A DNA stretch of 64,000 nucleotides, taken from positions 124,558,001-124,622,000 of the forward strand of contig NC_042999.1 in NCBI RefSeq assembly GCF_006345805.1, written 5' to 3'. A model generated the notes under the pieces. That model was not told the origin of the DNA and made no database searches. It was given only the letters and a program-made list of their open reading frames with translations. Made by a program: the position numbers and the translations under genes. The stretch is from Octopus sinensis. Its lineage: Eukaryota. Below are positions 50,245-64,000 of this stretch, one piece after another; within the stretch, counting starts at the first letter, position 1, and every line of letters starts with the position of its first letter.

Positions 50245-50990
50245 TTAACATCCACTTTCCATGCTGGCATGAGTTGGACAGTTTGACTGAGGACTGGCAA
50301 GCCAGGAGGCTACACCAAGCTGCAATCTGATTTGGCAAGGTTTCTACAGCTGGATGCCATTCCTAACACCAACCACTCTGAGAGTGTAGTGGGTGCTTTT
50401 TAAGTGCCACTGGCACAGGGGCTATTCTAGTGGTACTGGTACTGACCATGCTTGAATGGTGCCTTTTACGTCCCACTGGCAGGGTAGTCAGTCAAGCAGC
50501 ACTGGCAACGACCACACTTAAATGGTGTTCTTTACATGCCACTGGCATGGGTGCCAGTCAGATGGTACTGGCATCAACTATGACAATGATTTCAATTAAA
50601 TTGAACAGGTCTTCTCAAGCATAGCCAGGCAGTACTGGCAATGACAATGCTCAAATGATGCTTTTTATTTGCCACTGGTACAAGAGCCAGTCAGGCGGCA
50701 CTGACAATGATCACATTCAAATGATGCTTTTTACATGCCACTGGCATGGGAGCCAGTCAGGTAGCACTGGCAACGACAACACTCGAATAGTTCTTTTTAT
50801 GTGCCACCGGCACAGGTAAGTCAGGTGGTACCAGCATCAGCCAAGACAATGATTTCACTTAACTCAACAGGTCATCTAATGATTGAAGGGTACTCTCAAA
50901 TGGGCTGGTTATGCAACACTAGCATTGGCCATGGCTACAATCTCACTTGGCTTGCTGGGTCTTTTCAAGCACAGCATGTCCCCTCTTAGC
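50215..50990 (-). mobile_element. Older RTE 3'UTR copy with 6-7 tandem stem-loop units
   Basis: (GAT)n tail and repeated GTGCCAC..GGCAC / GCCAGT..ACTGGC units. Confidence 0.8.
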
Positions 50991-51041
50991 AAATTTCAGG
51001 CCTTGTGCCTATAGTGGAAAGGATTATTATTATCTTTACTA

Positions 51042-51680
51042 TTCAGTAGTTTTATTTTAACCACGTGCTTTCACTGCACTACTGAGCACAGCTCTGTGTG
51101 CCTTGGGTATGTGATGTGGTTTGTTGTGGTGCTCTTATTTTCACTGTATTGAAAGTGTTTTATGTAGGATGTGTGCAGTGCCTAGTAGTGCTATTTTCTG
51201 TATGTTATATATACTTGTAAGTCCTGGTGTTTTTGCTATGAATTTGTCAGAATGTTTTTTTATCATACCTAATGTGTCTACTATGATAGGAATTGTTTCT
51301 GTTTTTAGGTTCCACATTTGAGTTTTGAAAGTTTCTCCATTTCTTTTAGAGAAACATTGTCATCTGTTGGTATTGACACATTGGTTAGAAAGCATTTTTT
51401 CTTGGTGATCTCCAACAACTATAGCCAGTCTATTGGCCTTAATTTCTCTGTGTGTATTGGCATATCCCAGGGTATGGTTGCTTTCTCATTTTCTGTGACC
51501 TTTTCTGGCATGTGCCTATACCATGTTTTTTTTCTGTTGTTATTCCATAGTGTTGGCATAGCTTCCAGTGTATATAGATCCCAACTCTGTCGTGTCTGTG
51601 AATATATTCCTTTAAAGTCAGGATTGGCAGCCAGAGACAATATGATTTATTGTTTCTTCTCCATCACCACATATTCTGTA
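51042..51680 (-). mobile_element. 5'-truncated Dong/R4-type LINE, same family as 46781-47080
   Basis: KTWYRHMPEKVTENEKATIPWDMPIHT and IQKIALLGTAHIL; the 5' junction abuts (TTA)n at about 51682-51740. Confidence 0.85.
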
Positions 51681-51702
51681 GTTATTATTATTATCATTAT
51701 TA

Positions 51703-51742
<40 letters not shown>

Positions 51743-51759
51743 CATCATCATCATCATTG

Positions 51760-53142
51760 TTATTATTATTCATTCATTCATTCACTCATTCATTCATTAA
51801 ACAAAAACAGTTTGGAGGACTTATGCAAGCCCTACCTTTTTTTTTTTTTGTACCAAATGGTGATAAAGATGTAGTTGATGCACAGTTTGAAATGCAAGAT
51901 TTCAAGATAAAAGCCAACAATACAATATACATTAACAAATTAAATATATATATAAACCACCACCGACTGTTTACCATTACTAGAATACATACCCCCGAAA
52001 TACATACCAGAAATCAAAAAACAAAAAAAAATCACTGAGGTAAGTTTCAATGCCCACAACACATCCTGAGAGAAAAAAATTACAGATAATACTAGAGGTG
52101 ATACAATAGCATAACTATATAACTGTGTGTACATTTTAAACAACCCACACTTACATATCCATTTCTTCACCAAGCTAACTGCTACAACTCCTCCTCAAAT
52201 ATCATCTTCTGCTTCATACACCTAGCTACCACAATCACATGGCAAACAGTACCCCTCCAACTTTCCTCTGACCACTGCACCCATCATCATCATCATCATC
52301 ATCATCACTGCTACACATTCACACATCAATGAACAAAGCGAAATCACTTTCAGAAACTTAAAAACAAAACAAAAAAAAAACAAAAAGAAAAGAAAAGAAA
52401 AAACATCTCGGTGGAAGCGTTTCTACCAAATGACAGAATTACAGTTCACAGAATTCAAACAACACCACAATCACCAACAGAAATACTGCAGTAGACACAC
52501 TCGACGAAATAATTGAAGAATCATCCAAAAACAAAAACAAAAAAAAAACGACATTGTGATTATGACGAGGATGGAGACGAAGGTGATGATTGTGGAGTTT
52601 ATGAGACGGAGAATGGTGATGATGATGATGATGAGGATGGGGATAAGGATGCTGATGATGGTGATGGTGAGGATGATGATGATGACAGCAACAATGACAA
52701 CAATGTTGATGATGAGGATGATGATGATGAGGATGATGATGACGACGACAATGACGATTATGATGATGCTGATGACAATAGGGATGGTGATGGGGGTTCC
52801 TGTTGTTTTGCACTTCTCTAATTCTGATAATCTTAATGCTGCAGAGAATCAATGCAGTTGCATATGATTGAAAATTAATAATAGCTCTTGCAGCAGCAGC
52901 AGCAGCAGCAATATCAGCGACAACAGCAGCAATACCAGCAGCAGTATCATTGGAAATGGAGTTTACAAACTGATTGTGCTAAACACAGAAAAAGATGGGA
53001 GTGAAAGTGGGAGGAAAAGACGTGTATGGGAGAGAAAGTAAGAGTGAGGCCGATATGGATACGAACATAGAGAGAGAAGTGAAAAGAGAAAAGAAGAGAT
53101 TTCAAGGAGGTGTAGAGAAGGAAAGAAATGTAACAGAGGAAA

Positions 53143-53185
<43 letters not shown>

Positions 53186-54709
53186 AGAGAAAATAAAAGA
53201 AGGAAACTGAGAATGAATGATAGACAGACAGATATATTAGTAGCAAGATAAATGGTGACAGATTGTGACAAATATGTAGAGAAGGGCAGGGAGCAGAATG
53301 GAAAGAAAGAGAGACTGAGAAGCAGATGGATAAGAAGATAATGAAAGAGGAGAGAGACAGATAGACAGATAGACAGACTGACAGAGAAAGTAAGAGACAG
53401 AGAGAGGTATATACAGCAACAGAAACTTAACATATAAATGAAAAAGACAGGGAAGGAGTTGGAAATATAAAGAGAGAGAGAGAAAGGAACATAATAGGAG
53501 AGAAAGAGGAAAAGAAGACAGACGTAAATATCAAGAGGGAGATGGACAGAAAAATATAGAAAGTGTGATAGAAGGAGAAGAAAAGAGAGAAAAAGAAAGA
53601 GACAGATGGACAGTACACACACACACACACACATAAGTATATATAGAGAGAGGGGGGAGAGAGAAGAGGTAAGTGAGAGAGAGAAAGTGGTAAATAAACA
53701 GAGCAACAAGAAAAGAGGAAAAGAGAGAGAGAGATAGACAAACAGATAGAAAGACAGAAATAAACAAAGTGAAGGCGGTGATGGGGGTTGATCAATGTTG
53801 TAGTTATGATAAATGAGGACTACATCCTCAATACACACATGCATGTGTACACATCCATGCACGCATTCAAAACAGCTACAAGAAGTGTGTACTGTCATGC
53901 ATGCACATGCACACACACACATATATATATATACACAAATATATATACACACATACAACATGCAACAGATTCATTTCAAAATTAATTACATGATCATGCA
54001 CACAAACTATGCATGTGGAAAGACTCACATGCATGCATACACCTACACACATGCATGCATCTGCATCTATACATGTATACATGCGTATTTATCCATGTGT
54101 GTGTGTGATATTATACCCTCTCACATGCATATCTCTATATAACTGTATATATAAACATATATATATATATATATGCATATATGTATATATATGTGTGTGT
54201 GTGTGTGTGTATGTGTTCATATACATACTTATATAGACACATACACATGGATAAAAATACGAATTTAATTTACACGCACACATCTCCTTTACTCTGTATT
54301 CATATGCATAACACCTTCATGAACACATATATACAAAGGCACAATTATATATATATGCACACACACACACACACACACACATACATGCATTCCAAATTTA
54401 CCTCCACAGATATTCACAGAATATCAAAAATAAATAACATTTATAGACACATGCAAATATACACACACACACATACACACATTTCTTTGCATGCATGCCA
54501 TACACACTTGGTTTTTTTCAAAGACAGATATACACACTCATACACTCACACATAAACACATGCATATATGTACTATTTCGAAAAGCACATACACAATTTC
54601 ATATACTTTTGCTAAGTCTTTCTTACATGCAATCGTATACCTAATTTCACACGCATGAACATGAATATTTACAAGTATATACGACTACATATATATATAT
54701 ATGAATACT

Positions 54710-54754
<45 letters not shown>

Positions 54755-55078
54755 GACGCACACACAAACACACACAGACACAACCTTATACTAAAACAAT
54801 TATTTATGTATTATAATAATTACACATACATTCCTATGTACCAGACTTACACACAAATCATTCTCACATGTATTTATATACACAACATCAATCAGACATA
54901 CACACACACATAACATACATATATATATATATATGTATGTATATATATATGTCCATACTCACAACTACATGCACAATGATACACATACAATTAATGCATA
55001 ATTTCACACACACACATACACACACATATAATTTCACACAAACATGCACAATTACCTCTAATTCCTTATACACACACA

Positions 55079-55131
<53 letters not shown>

Positions 55132-55720
55132 GCATGCATGCACAATTACAGAAATAATTTTCATACACACATAATACATAATTTCATGCCCATTTACATA
55201 TAGAAGTTCCCCCCCCCACACACACACACACATACATATACATATACACACACGCACACACACACAATGCACACTTGCACACATACACACACATAAACAC
55301 TCACACATGCATGCAGGCACATACCCACACACAGATGCATATATGCACATATACACATATGCATGCACATACATATACACACACATGCATGCACACCTGC
55401 ACACACATACACATGCATAAGCACTCACACATGCATGCATGCACATAAACAATTTCACACATGCACAATTACATCAGAATTTTTATGCACACATTTACAT
55501 ACATGCTTTCATATACATGCAAATATATATATATATATATACACACACAAACATATACACACACCCCATTAATCAATGTTATATTTTAAATTCCACCCCT
55601 CACATCAACCCACTCTACTTCTATCAAAAAGATATTTTTCTTTATTTATAATTTTCATAATATTTAAATTTATTTTTTTTATAAATTTTAATTATTTTGT
55701 TCTTTTGCATTACTACTTTT

Positions 55721-55766
<46 letters not shown>

Positions 55767-55792
55767 ACATCATCATCATCATCATCATCATT

Positions 55793-55880
<88 letters not shown>

Positions 55881-57486
55881 TTGATCTTGAAATTTCTCTA
55901 TCTTCCTCTCCGCTAACTTCTTCACTGTACGAGGTTCAGTTTTTTGGGGGTTTTTTTTAAATTTTTCTCTACCACTCCCTCTACCTCCAACTCCCTCCAA
56001 TCCCCACCAGCCACATCCCATTTTTGCTTAGTGATATTTCATCTGGTATGTCACTTGCTTGCTCACCTCCATCTCCACCCACCTCATTCAACCACAAACA
56101 TCTATTGCTAAGCACCTCACCCCCTCATTCACATGTGCACGCACTCACACCCATGCACACACACACACACACACACACGCACACATGCATATCATTGTCA
56201 TTATCATCATCATCATCATCGTCATCGTCATCGTCATCTTCATCAGTAATTTCACTACTAGTTGTCTGTAATTAACTGAATCCCTGGTGTGAGCAGGACT
56301 GGTGGGGAAAACCACCATCATTGTCATCATTACTATCACCACCACCACCATCACCATCATCACCATTACCACCACTGCCACCACTTCCACCACCACCGCC
56401 ATGACCACCACTGCCGCCGTCATTGCCATCAATAATGCAATTGTCATCAGTTGTGTAACTTCTGCCACCCTACCCCATTACTGCCATCATCATCATCATC
56501 ATCAGCACCACAATCATCACCACCATCACCAGTGCCATCAACATCACAGCAGTCACCATCATCATTGTCATCACCATCATCATCGTTGTCGTTATGGCTG
56601 TTGTCATTGTTATTGTTACTGCCATTATTGTCATTGTCATCATCATCATCATCATCATCATCATCTTCATCATCATAAACCTCGTAATCACTATCATCTC
56701 CATCACTTCCATCATTACTACAGCTGCTATTACTGCCATTACGATTACCATCATCACCACCACCACCAACACCACCACCAACACCACCACCACCACCAAC
56801 ACCACCACCAACACCACCACCACAACCAACACCACCAACACCAACACTACCACCACCACCAACACTACCACCACCACCACCACCAACACCAACACCACCA
56901 CCACCACCAACAACAACAACACCACCACCACCAACACCACCACCACCAACACTACCACCAACAACACCACCACCATCAACACCACCAACAACACCACCAC
57001 CACCAACACCACCAACAACACCACCACCACCAACACCACCACCACCAACACCACTAACAGAATCACTGCTGTATCACTAAAATCAGCACCATCATTAACA
57101 CCACCACCACCAACAACAACAACAGCAACAACAATCCCTCAACATTAAGACCACCACCAACAACACCACTCCAGCAACTTGAAGATATTTGAATAAGCAT
57201 CATCACCAGCAACAGCAGTAGCAGCACTACCACCCTCATCTGAAAAAAATACCATTGCACCCTATTCCTCATCCTCCTCCACCACGACCAACACGACCAC
57301 CACTTCCACCACCACTATTACTCCAACAACAGCCAATATCACCCATACTTCAATCATACTGCCGACATTTCTATCATTATCATCAAAAACACTGCCTTAG
57401 ACACCAATATCACTGTTGTTATTATTACAACCCCCATTTATCTTCCGCCACAAAATATCAAGTTGTGTGTGTGTGTGTGTGTGTGT

Positions 57487-57560
<74 letters not shown>

Positions 57561-57690
57561 AATGTATGTATGTATGTATGCATGTAAGTATGTATGTATG
57601 TATGTATGTATGTATAGATAAATAGATAGATAGATAGATAGATATGTATGCATGTATACACACACACACACACACATATATATGCGCATG
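51760..57690. repeat. About 5.9-kb zone of simple and low-complexity repeats (GAT, GA, CA, TA, CAT, ACC) with small unique islands and no recognisable SINE or LINE
   Basis: Read directly. All long ORFs here are low-complexity translations. Confidence 0.85.
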
Positions 57691-57691
57691 C

Positions 57692-57783
57692 ATGGCTGTG
57701 TGGTAAGATGTTTGCTTCCCAACCACATGGTCATATGTTCATTCCCTCTGCATGATACCTTGGACAAGTGTCTCCTACTACAG
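57692..57783 (+). mobile_element. Head of a family-A-like SINE interrupted by the RTE; the remainder is at about 61416-61490
   Basis: ..GGACAAGTGTCTCCTACTACAG| resumes as ACTACAGCCCCAGGACAATCAAAACCTTGTAAATGGATTTTG, matching the intact SINE path CTATAGCCTCGGGCCGACCAAAGCCTTGTGAGTGGATTTGG. Confidence 0.8.
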
Positions 57784-60700
57784 AAATACTTTAAAAGGGA
57801 AAAACGTGAGAAAAATTTAAATTAAATTAACGATAGACAAAAGCATGTGCCTTCTCGCACATAAACACATTATTCACACTTATACAAACATACGCAGACG
57901 CAAATATTGAAGTACTAAATGGCTCTCCCTCACTTGTCCTTCCCATTAATGCCATTGCTCAACCAATTCTGAACGATCTTGTCAGGTCAGGTCTGTTGTA
58001 TGCAGCATCGGATCCTACTACTGGTAAACTGTAAACAACCTGTGTCAGTGGGGTAGAAAGGGCTCCTTAGCCGTAGTGAAGGCAACCTATCTAGGGAGAT
58101 AACCTTACAATAAATCACTCAGCCCGTAGCTTAGAAGTACTGGGTTGACGTCCAGCGGGAACAGCTTTGTTTCATGGAGGAGGAAAGATCTTCTTTAGTA
58201 CTTGGTTGTACAATGCTTTCCAATGTGTGTAGTAGTGGCGCGCGCACACATTATTAGCCATTTGAAAAGACTATGGAATTTACAATTAACTGCACCAGGG
58301 TTCCTCTTCCCCAGGGAACCAGACCTAATGGTATACCTGCGGATGTAGGTCCAGCCCCTGCTTTGCCGGGTCCTGTCTCTGATCATGTTGCACCTCCAAG
58401 GGCATCCATTGACGGTGATGCCCTCAATCTTAACAGACGGGTATCACCTGATGGAGAAGAGTCAGCCCCCAACCAAACAACACCAAACAAACACCTCATC
58501 AGCTGTAAAAATCATACGATACTCAGCACCCTCAATGCCCGCACCCTCGGCTCTCTTGGCCGTCTAGAAGAACTTGGTGCAAATGCAGAATCACATGGCA
58601 TTGATATAATAGCTGTCCAAGAACACCGATTTTACCACCCTGACAACATCCTCAAATACCATCAAGTCGGTTCTTATCAACTTGTAACCTCCTCAGCATC
58701 AAAGAATACTGTTAATTCAACAGTTGGAGGTATCGGATTTCTACTTTCATCAAAGGCTAGTGATACTCTCTTGAGTATAGAGTCAATCTCACCTAGAATT
58801 ATGGTGCTTGAGATAGATGGAAACCCAAAAACAACATTGGTATGTGTGTATAGCCCACATAATTCGTCTGTGGCAGACGAGATTGAGAGTTTTTATACAA
58901 CCCTTCGTTCAACCATTGAGCAAGTACCTCTCCATAATTTTCTGGTTATAGCTGGTGATCTGAATGCTAGACTAGGACCCGATGAGACCAAGTTTACTTT
59001 CAACTCTAAAACCAATCGGAACGGAGAAATGCTCAAAGACTTCTTGGAGGAATTTAATCTCTACACCTCCAACAATTCTTTTATGAAACCAAAAGGTCAA
59101 CTTTGAACATTTGAGTCCCCACTTGGTGATAGGGCACAAATTGACTACCTCATCTTTCGAAAGAAATGGCGCAATAGTGTTAAGGACTCGAGATCCTACT
59201 CTTCCTTTAGTTCTGTCGGCTCTGACCACAGAATTGTATCAGCTACCGTTAAGCTTAGTCTTCGCTCATCCAAAAAAACTAAGCCTCACCCGATCAAAAT
59301 GATCGACTGGGAGGAAGTCTTATCTAACCCCGATATGTCCAAACAATTACTATTGAGGTCTATAACAAATTTCAATCTCTGTCTACTTCTGAAATAGATG
59401 CTGAGAACATTGAGGAAGTATACAGCAGCCTCGTCAAATCAACAGAGGAAGTTGCACTGGCTACTCTTCCCAAAAGGAAGAGTAGGGGCCAGAGCAAACC
59501 TTCTAATTCCCCAAATGTCATCGAAGCCAGAAACCATCTAAGTCTATATCACTAGCTTACCACCGTTCTCCATCCCAGTCACTGAAGATCCAACTCATAG
59601 CTGCCAGGAAGAATCTTGATGAGGCTTACTTGAACGCCGAGGTCGAATTTATCAATGGCAAAATTGGTAAACTATCGAAAGAGCACATTAGTAAAAAACA
59701 CCATCTCGCCTGGAAATCCATCAAAGACCTATCAGGCAAAAATTCTGGGTCATCAATTAGAATTAAAGGGGGATCAGCTAAGAAGCGTTTAGAAAATTGG
59801 TCAACCCATTTTAAAAACCTCCTTGGGAAGAATGCCAAAATCCCTGATAACCCCACTCTCCCAAGTGTGCCTATATCAGACACGCTGGACATCAACACCT
59901 CCCCTTTTACCATATTTGAACTAACAGCAGCCACCAAGCAACTAAAAGCCTCGAAAGCATTTGGTCCCGACAACATTCCGGCTGTGATTTGGAAGGATGA
60001 TAGATTTCACACACTTTTGCTTAACCTCTGCAACCACACACTTTCCACCTTTGTCGCTCCAAAGATTGGCACCAGTCTCAAATCATTCCAATACCCAAAA
60101 AAGGCGATTTGTCCCTCGTCACCAACTACAGGGGCATATCTCTAATGTCAATTGCTGCAAAACTGTACAACAAACTGATCCTAAATCGTCTTGTCCTTTT
60201 TGTTGAACCTTTGCTCCGAAAGAACCAAAATGGATTCAGACATGGGCGCTCAACGCTGAGCCAGATACTATGCCTGCGCAGACTTATTGAAGAATCAAAA
60301 GCATTTAATCGCGATCTTGCAATGGTATTTGTAGACTTTTCTAAAGCGTTCGATTCTGTAGATAGGTGCAAGATGTTTGAAATCCTTAAGCTCTATGGGA
60401 TACCAGACAAAATTATTTCTGCCATGAAGGTCCTCTACACAGATACGTCTTCAACCATCTTAACCCCTGATGGAGAAACATCATCTTTCTCGATCGAGGC
60501 CGGAATACTGCAGGGAGACACACTCGCCCCATTTCTTTTCATCATTGTTGTTGATTATGTGCTACGTATGTCAGTTGATACCATCTCTGGCAAGGGCTTT
60601 GAAATAAAACCAAGAAGTTCCAGACACCCAGCTGAGTACTTGACAGACACTGACTTTGCTGACGACATCGCTCTTATCAGTGATTCTCTCTCCAATGCCC

Positions 60701-61415
60701 AGTCTCTTTTACAATCTCTTGAACAAGCCTCAAATTGTGTAGGTCTTTACCTTAATGAGACCAAAACTGAATACATAAACAAGTGCCTGTCAAACAGTGA
60801 TTGCATCATCCACACTCTCAACAGTGCACCTTTAAATATGGTTTCTGATTATAAATATCTTGGGTCATACATATCATCATCTGGAAAAGACTTTCTAACT
60901 AGAAAGGGTATGGCCTGGTCAGCCTGTAATGACATGCATAAGATCTGGTCATCAAATCTAGGTAGAGACTTCAAACTTGAAATATTCAAAGCCACAGTCG
61001 AACCAATCCTACTATATGGCTCAGAAACCTGGACGTTATCAAAGAAGCTTGAGAGGCGGTTGGATGGAACCTACACTCGCCTCCTTATGAGAGCTCAAAA
61101 TCTCTCGTGGAGGCGCCATCCAACTAAAATGCAAATATATGGGAAATTACCACCTGTGTCATCTCTTGTGAAGGGTAGGAGAGTCCAGTTTGCTGGACAT
61201 TGTTGTAGAGCTGAAAAAGAAGTAATTTCTACTCTTCTCCTCTGGAAGCCATCTACTCGCAACACCAGAGGGCGCACACTCTCCTACCCTGATGTAATCT
61301 CCAGGGATACAGGCATCCAGCAACAGGACCTCCGTAATGCTATGATGGACCGTGAAGTCTGGCGCAACATGGTAAATTCCATTGTCTCGACCACGGTCGA
61401 ACAATGATGATGATG
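57784..61415 (+). mobile_element. Full-length RTE-clade LINE, 3632 bp, TSD ACTACAG, (TGA)n tail
   Basis: TSD at 57777-57783 and 61416-61422; tail TGATGATGATG starts at the stop codon. Confidence 0.92.
58273..61407 (+). pseudogene. APE endonuclease-reverse transcriptase ORF with one nonsense codon and three 1-bp deletions
   Basis: EN motifs TLNARTL, AVQEHR, VYSPH, GDLNAR, IDY, SDHR; RT motifs NYRGISL, QNGFR, DFSKAFDSV, QGDTLAP, FADD, YLG. TGA at 59104-59106; frameshifts near 59348, 59540 and 60065. Confidence 0.95.
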
Positions 61416-61519
61416 ACTACAGCCCCAGGACAATCAAAACCTTGTAAATGGATTTTGCAGAGACAAACTAAAAGAACACCATTGCATGCGCGTGCACACA
61501 CACACAGCATTGTTCTCAT

Positions 61520-61760
61520 TCAGATGTAGAAGCTGCAGGCTGGAAGAGGACTCATGGCAAGCCCTGCACCAAATGGCTGGATGTGATTAAGAAAGATCCC
61601 CAGAGGCTTAACATCACCTGAGAGGATGCAGATGGGCTGGTTCAGGACCACCAGCAATGGAGAGCACTGGTTGACTTGGTCAGCTCTACACATGATGCCA
61701 TCTCTGGGACCACTGACACCCAGCCTCATCAAGCAAGAGCATGAAACAAGCAAAATGAAG
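61520..61760 (+). mobile_element. Decayed RTE 3' fragment
   Basis: AGWKRTHGKPCTKWLDVIKKDPQRLNIT*EDADGLVQDHQQWRALV. Confidence 0.7.
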
Positions 61761-62349
61761 TTTTCTCAGCCTCTACATCATAATATGATCACTATTGATA
61801 TTTCATTCATTTTATAATACAATTTCATGATAGCACTAAGCACCAAATATTAAAGACTTTGGCCATGTATGTAAATGGCCCATATCAAATTTCAACACAT
61901 TTGGAGAATATCTAACCTAAAAACAAAGCAAATATGTTCATGTGTGTTGACCTGATTACAAATACTAACGTTTTATGACTGTCCTTTTCCCAAATTTCGG
62001 CCATGCTTTCTCCCATACCTACACCTATGAATAAATATATGTATGTGTGTGTATGTGCGTTACTGTGTCTTTGCATGTGATAGATAGTCATAAACAAACT
62101 TCATTATAATGCAAGTGTGTTGTCCTTCTGTACTTATCTTGCATTAAAATGTCTAGTCATGGAGAATATGAACTTGCATGCGAACAGGTGGGATTTGGTG
62201 AGTAACAAGAACAGTGGAGGACAAGAAGGGCATCTAGTTGTAGAAAATCTGCCTCAACAAATTGTGTCTGATCCATGCAAGTATAGAAAAGTGGACATTT
62301 AAAGATGATGATCATCATCATTATGATCATGATCTAAATAGATGAATAG

Positions 62350-62600
<251 letters not shown>

Positions 62601-62639
62601 ACTTACATATATATATGTTATTTCCTTTGAATGTTCCTA

Positions 62640-62870
62640 GTTGTGTCCAAAATGGGTCAAGTATGCTAGTGGAGTGGATCATCAACCTAAGGCTTATGAG
62701 ATGGAAGGGAACACTTACAGCATCAAATCCCAAAGCTTCTCACCCAGAGGCCTTGAGGCCTTCAAAGTAAACGTACTGGGTATCATCCTTAAACTGAGAT
62801 GTTGTCTAGGTGTTTCTGACATCCCTTTTTTATCATATCTAGGGCACCTACAATAACAGGAACAGTTCTT
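62640..62870 (-). mobile_element. Short Dong/R4-type 3' fragment
   Basis: TVPVIVGALDMIKKGCQKHLDNI. Confidence 0.6.
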
Positions 62871-63049
62871 GCTTTAAGATGCCACATTTTTTGTATTTCA
62901 ATTTTCAGGTTCTTGTGTTTATTTAATTTGTCAAATTCCTTTGCAGATGTATTTTTATCAGTGGGAACACTTACATTTTTTAGTCTACAAGTATTTTTTC
63001 TAGTCTTTAATAATTAAATAATTATGTCTGGTCAGTTAGCCTGTAATTA

Positions 63050-64000
63050 TTATTTCTCTTTATCACAGGTTTTGTTGGGGCTCCTGGAGTCATACATGCA
63101 TAGCGGGCTTGCTGTCTGCAACCTACAGTACCATGCTATCCATTCTTTTCAGCTAATACTTTCTTGATTATTCTGACTATGCCAAGGAGTCAAACCTTTT
63201 GTAACTGTTCTACTGGGCACTCAATTCCAATTTCTTTTATATTCCCCTTGATGCCTTCTGACACTGTTCTCAAGGACCCAGCAATAACTGGCACTATCTT
63301 CACCTTCTTCATTTTCCATTTTATCACCTTCCTTCTTGACTAAATAAGAGGGTTGTATTTTTCACCTTCCTTCTTGACTAAATAAGAGGGTTGTATTTTT
63401 CACCTGCCTTCTTGACTATTCATGGGTCAAAGAGGCATGCAACATCAACTATATAGTATATGTGGTGCATCTTGTCCACCACCATTAGATCCAGTCTATT
63501 ATGCTATAGCACCTGAGCTGCTTGGATTGGAAAATCCCAGAGGATTTTGCTGGGCTCCGACTCTGCCACTCTCTGCTGTTTGTGTTCAAACCATGTTTTG
63601 CTTCTCTCTAACCCCCACTTTTCACACAGTTTCCAATGTAGCACTTTTTCTACCTGATCGTGTTGCCACAACTGATAGTGGTTTTGAGCAAGTCTAGGGC
63701 ATTCATTCATGATATGGGCAATGATTTCATACACTAAATTGCAGATGTGGCACAGCAGAGATACTTGCACATTCCTACGGTTGACCCTTCAGTTCGTCAC
63801 CAAAGCTTGGTCTTGTGCTACCAGTATAGTGCTCTTGGTCTCTTTTTTCAGTGTTTCTTTCATCAGTCAATCCCACCTATTTTTTCCAGCAACTTCTGTT
63901 ATGGCTGCATGGAAGTGATTGTGTAATCCCTTCTTGCATAATTCTTCTTCCTTTTTTCTCTGCTTTCAATACTCCTTTGTTCCTAACTGTCACTAGCAAG
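63050..64000 (-). mobile_element. Decayed Dong/R4-type LINE 3' part (CCHC finger and RLE region), running off the window
   Basis: CHICNLVYEIIAHIMNECPRLAQNHYQLWQHDQV..ILWDFPIQ, then VKIVPVIAGSLRTV..LQKV*LLG. Contains a 38-bp x2.5 tandem at 63324-63418. Confidence 0.85.

Noticed and set aside
52513-52821. Asp-rich ORF with a basic N-terminus
   Set aside because: Non-ATG start and (GAT)n-derived composition common throughout the window.
52963-53961. 332-aa minus-strand ORF
   Set aside because: GA/CT-rich low complexity that lacks stops by composition.
57784-58270. HDV-like ribozyme expected in an RTE 5' UTR
   Set aside because: Candidate TCC-containing loops did not give consistent P1, P2 and P3 pairings by eye.
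63324-63418. 38-bp x2.5 direct repeat
   Set aside because: Local slippage inside a dead LINE; no sign of function.

Overview
AT-rich, microsatellite-dense animal genomic DNA, most likely an octopus. That assignment is inference from the tRNA-derived SINE families and the RTE/Dong/Penelope repertoire. No prokaryotic features, rRNA or true tRNA genes were seen. I could not name any host protein-coding gene; only a few weak candidate minus-strand exons exist. The window is dominated by mobile DNA: (1) a 3.63-kb full-length RTE LINE (57784-61415, APE endonuclease + RT, 7-bp TSD, nested in a SINE); (2) five Dong/R4-type LINE fragments, several abutting (TAA)n; (3) many 5'-truncated RTE 3' ends, one ending in three C2H2 fingers and a family with a stem-loop array in its 3' UTR; (4) Tc1, DD37D/maT, hAT-MITE and Helitron remnants; (5) at least four SINE families; (6) 72-, 21- and 27-bp minisatellites; (7) two microsatellite-bounded tandem duplications (229 bp and about 1.99 kb). 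The most interesting signals are Penelope-like remnants carrying minimal hammerhead ribozymes. One is a 680-bp near-perfect foldback palindrome (37423-38104) with one hammerhead in each arm. The other is a separate hammerhead (49092-49137) with the compensatory U3-A8 core variant. SINE and fragment boundaries were placed by eye and are approximate (about 10-30 bp) unless TSDs or TIRs are quoted.
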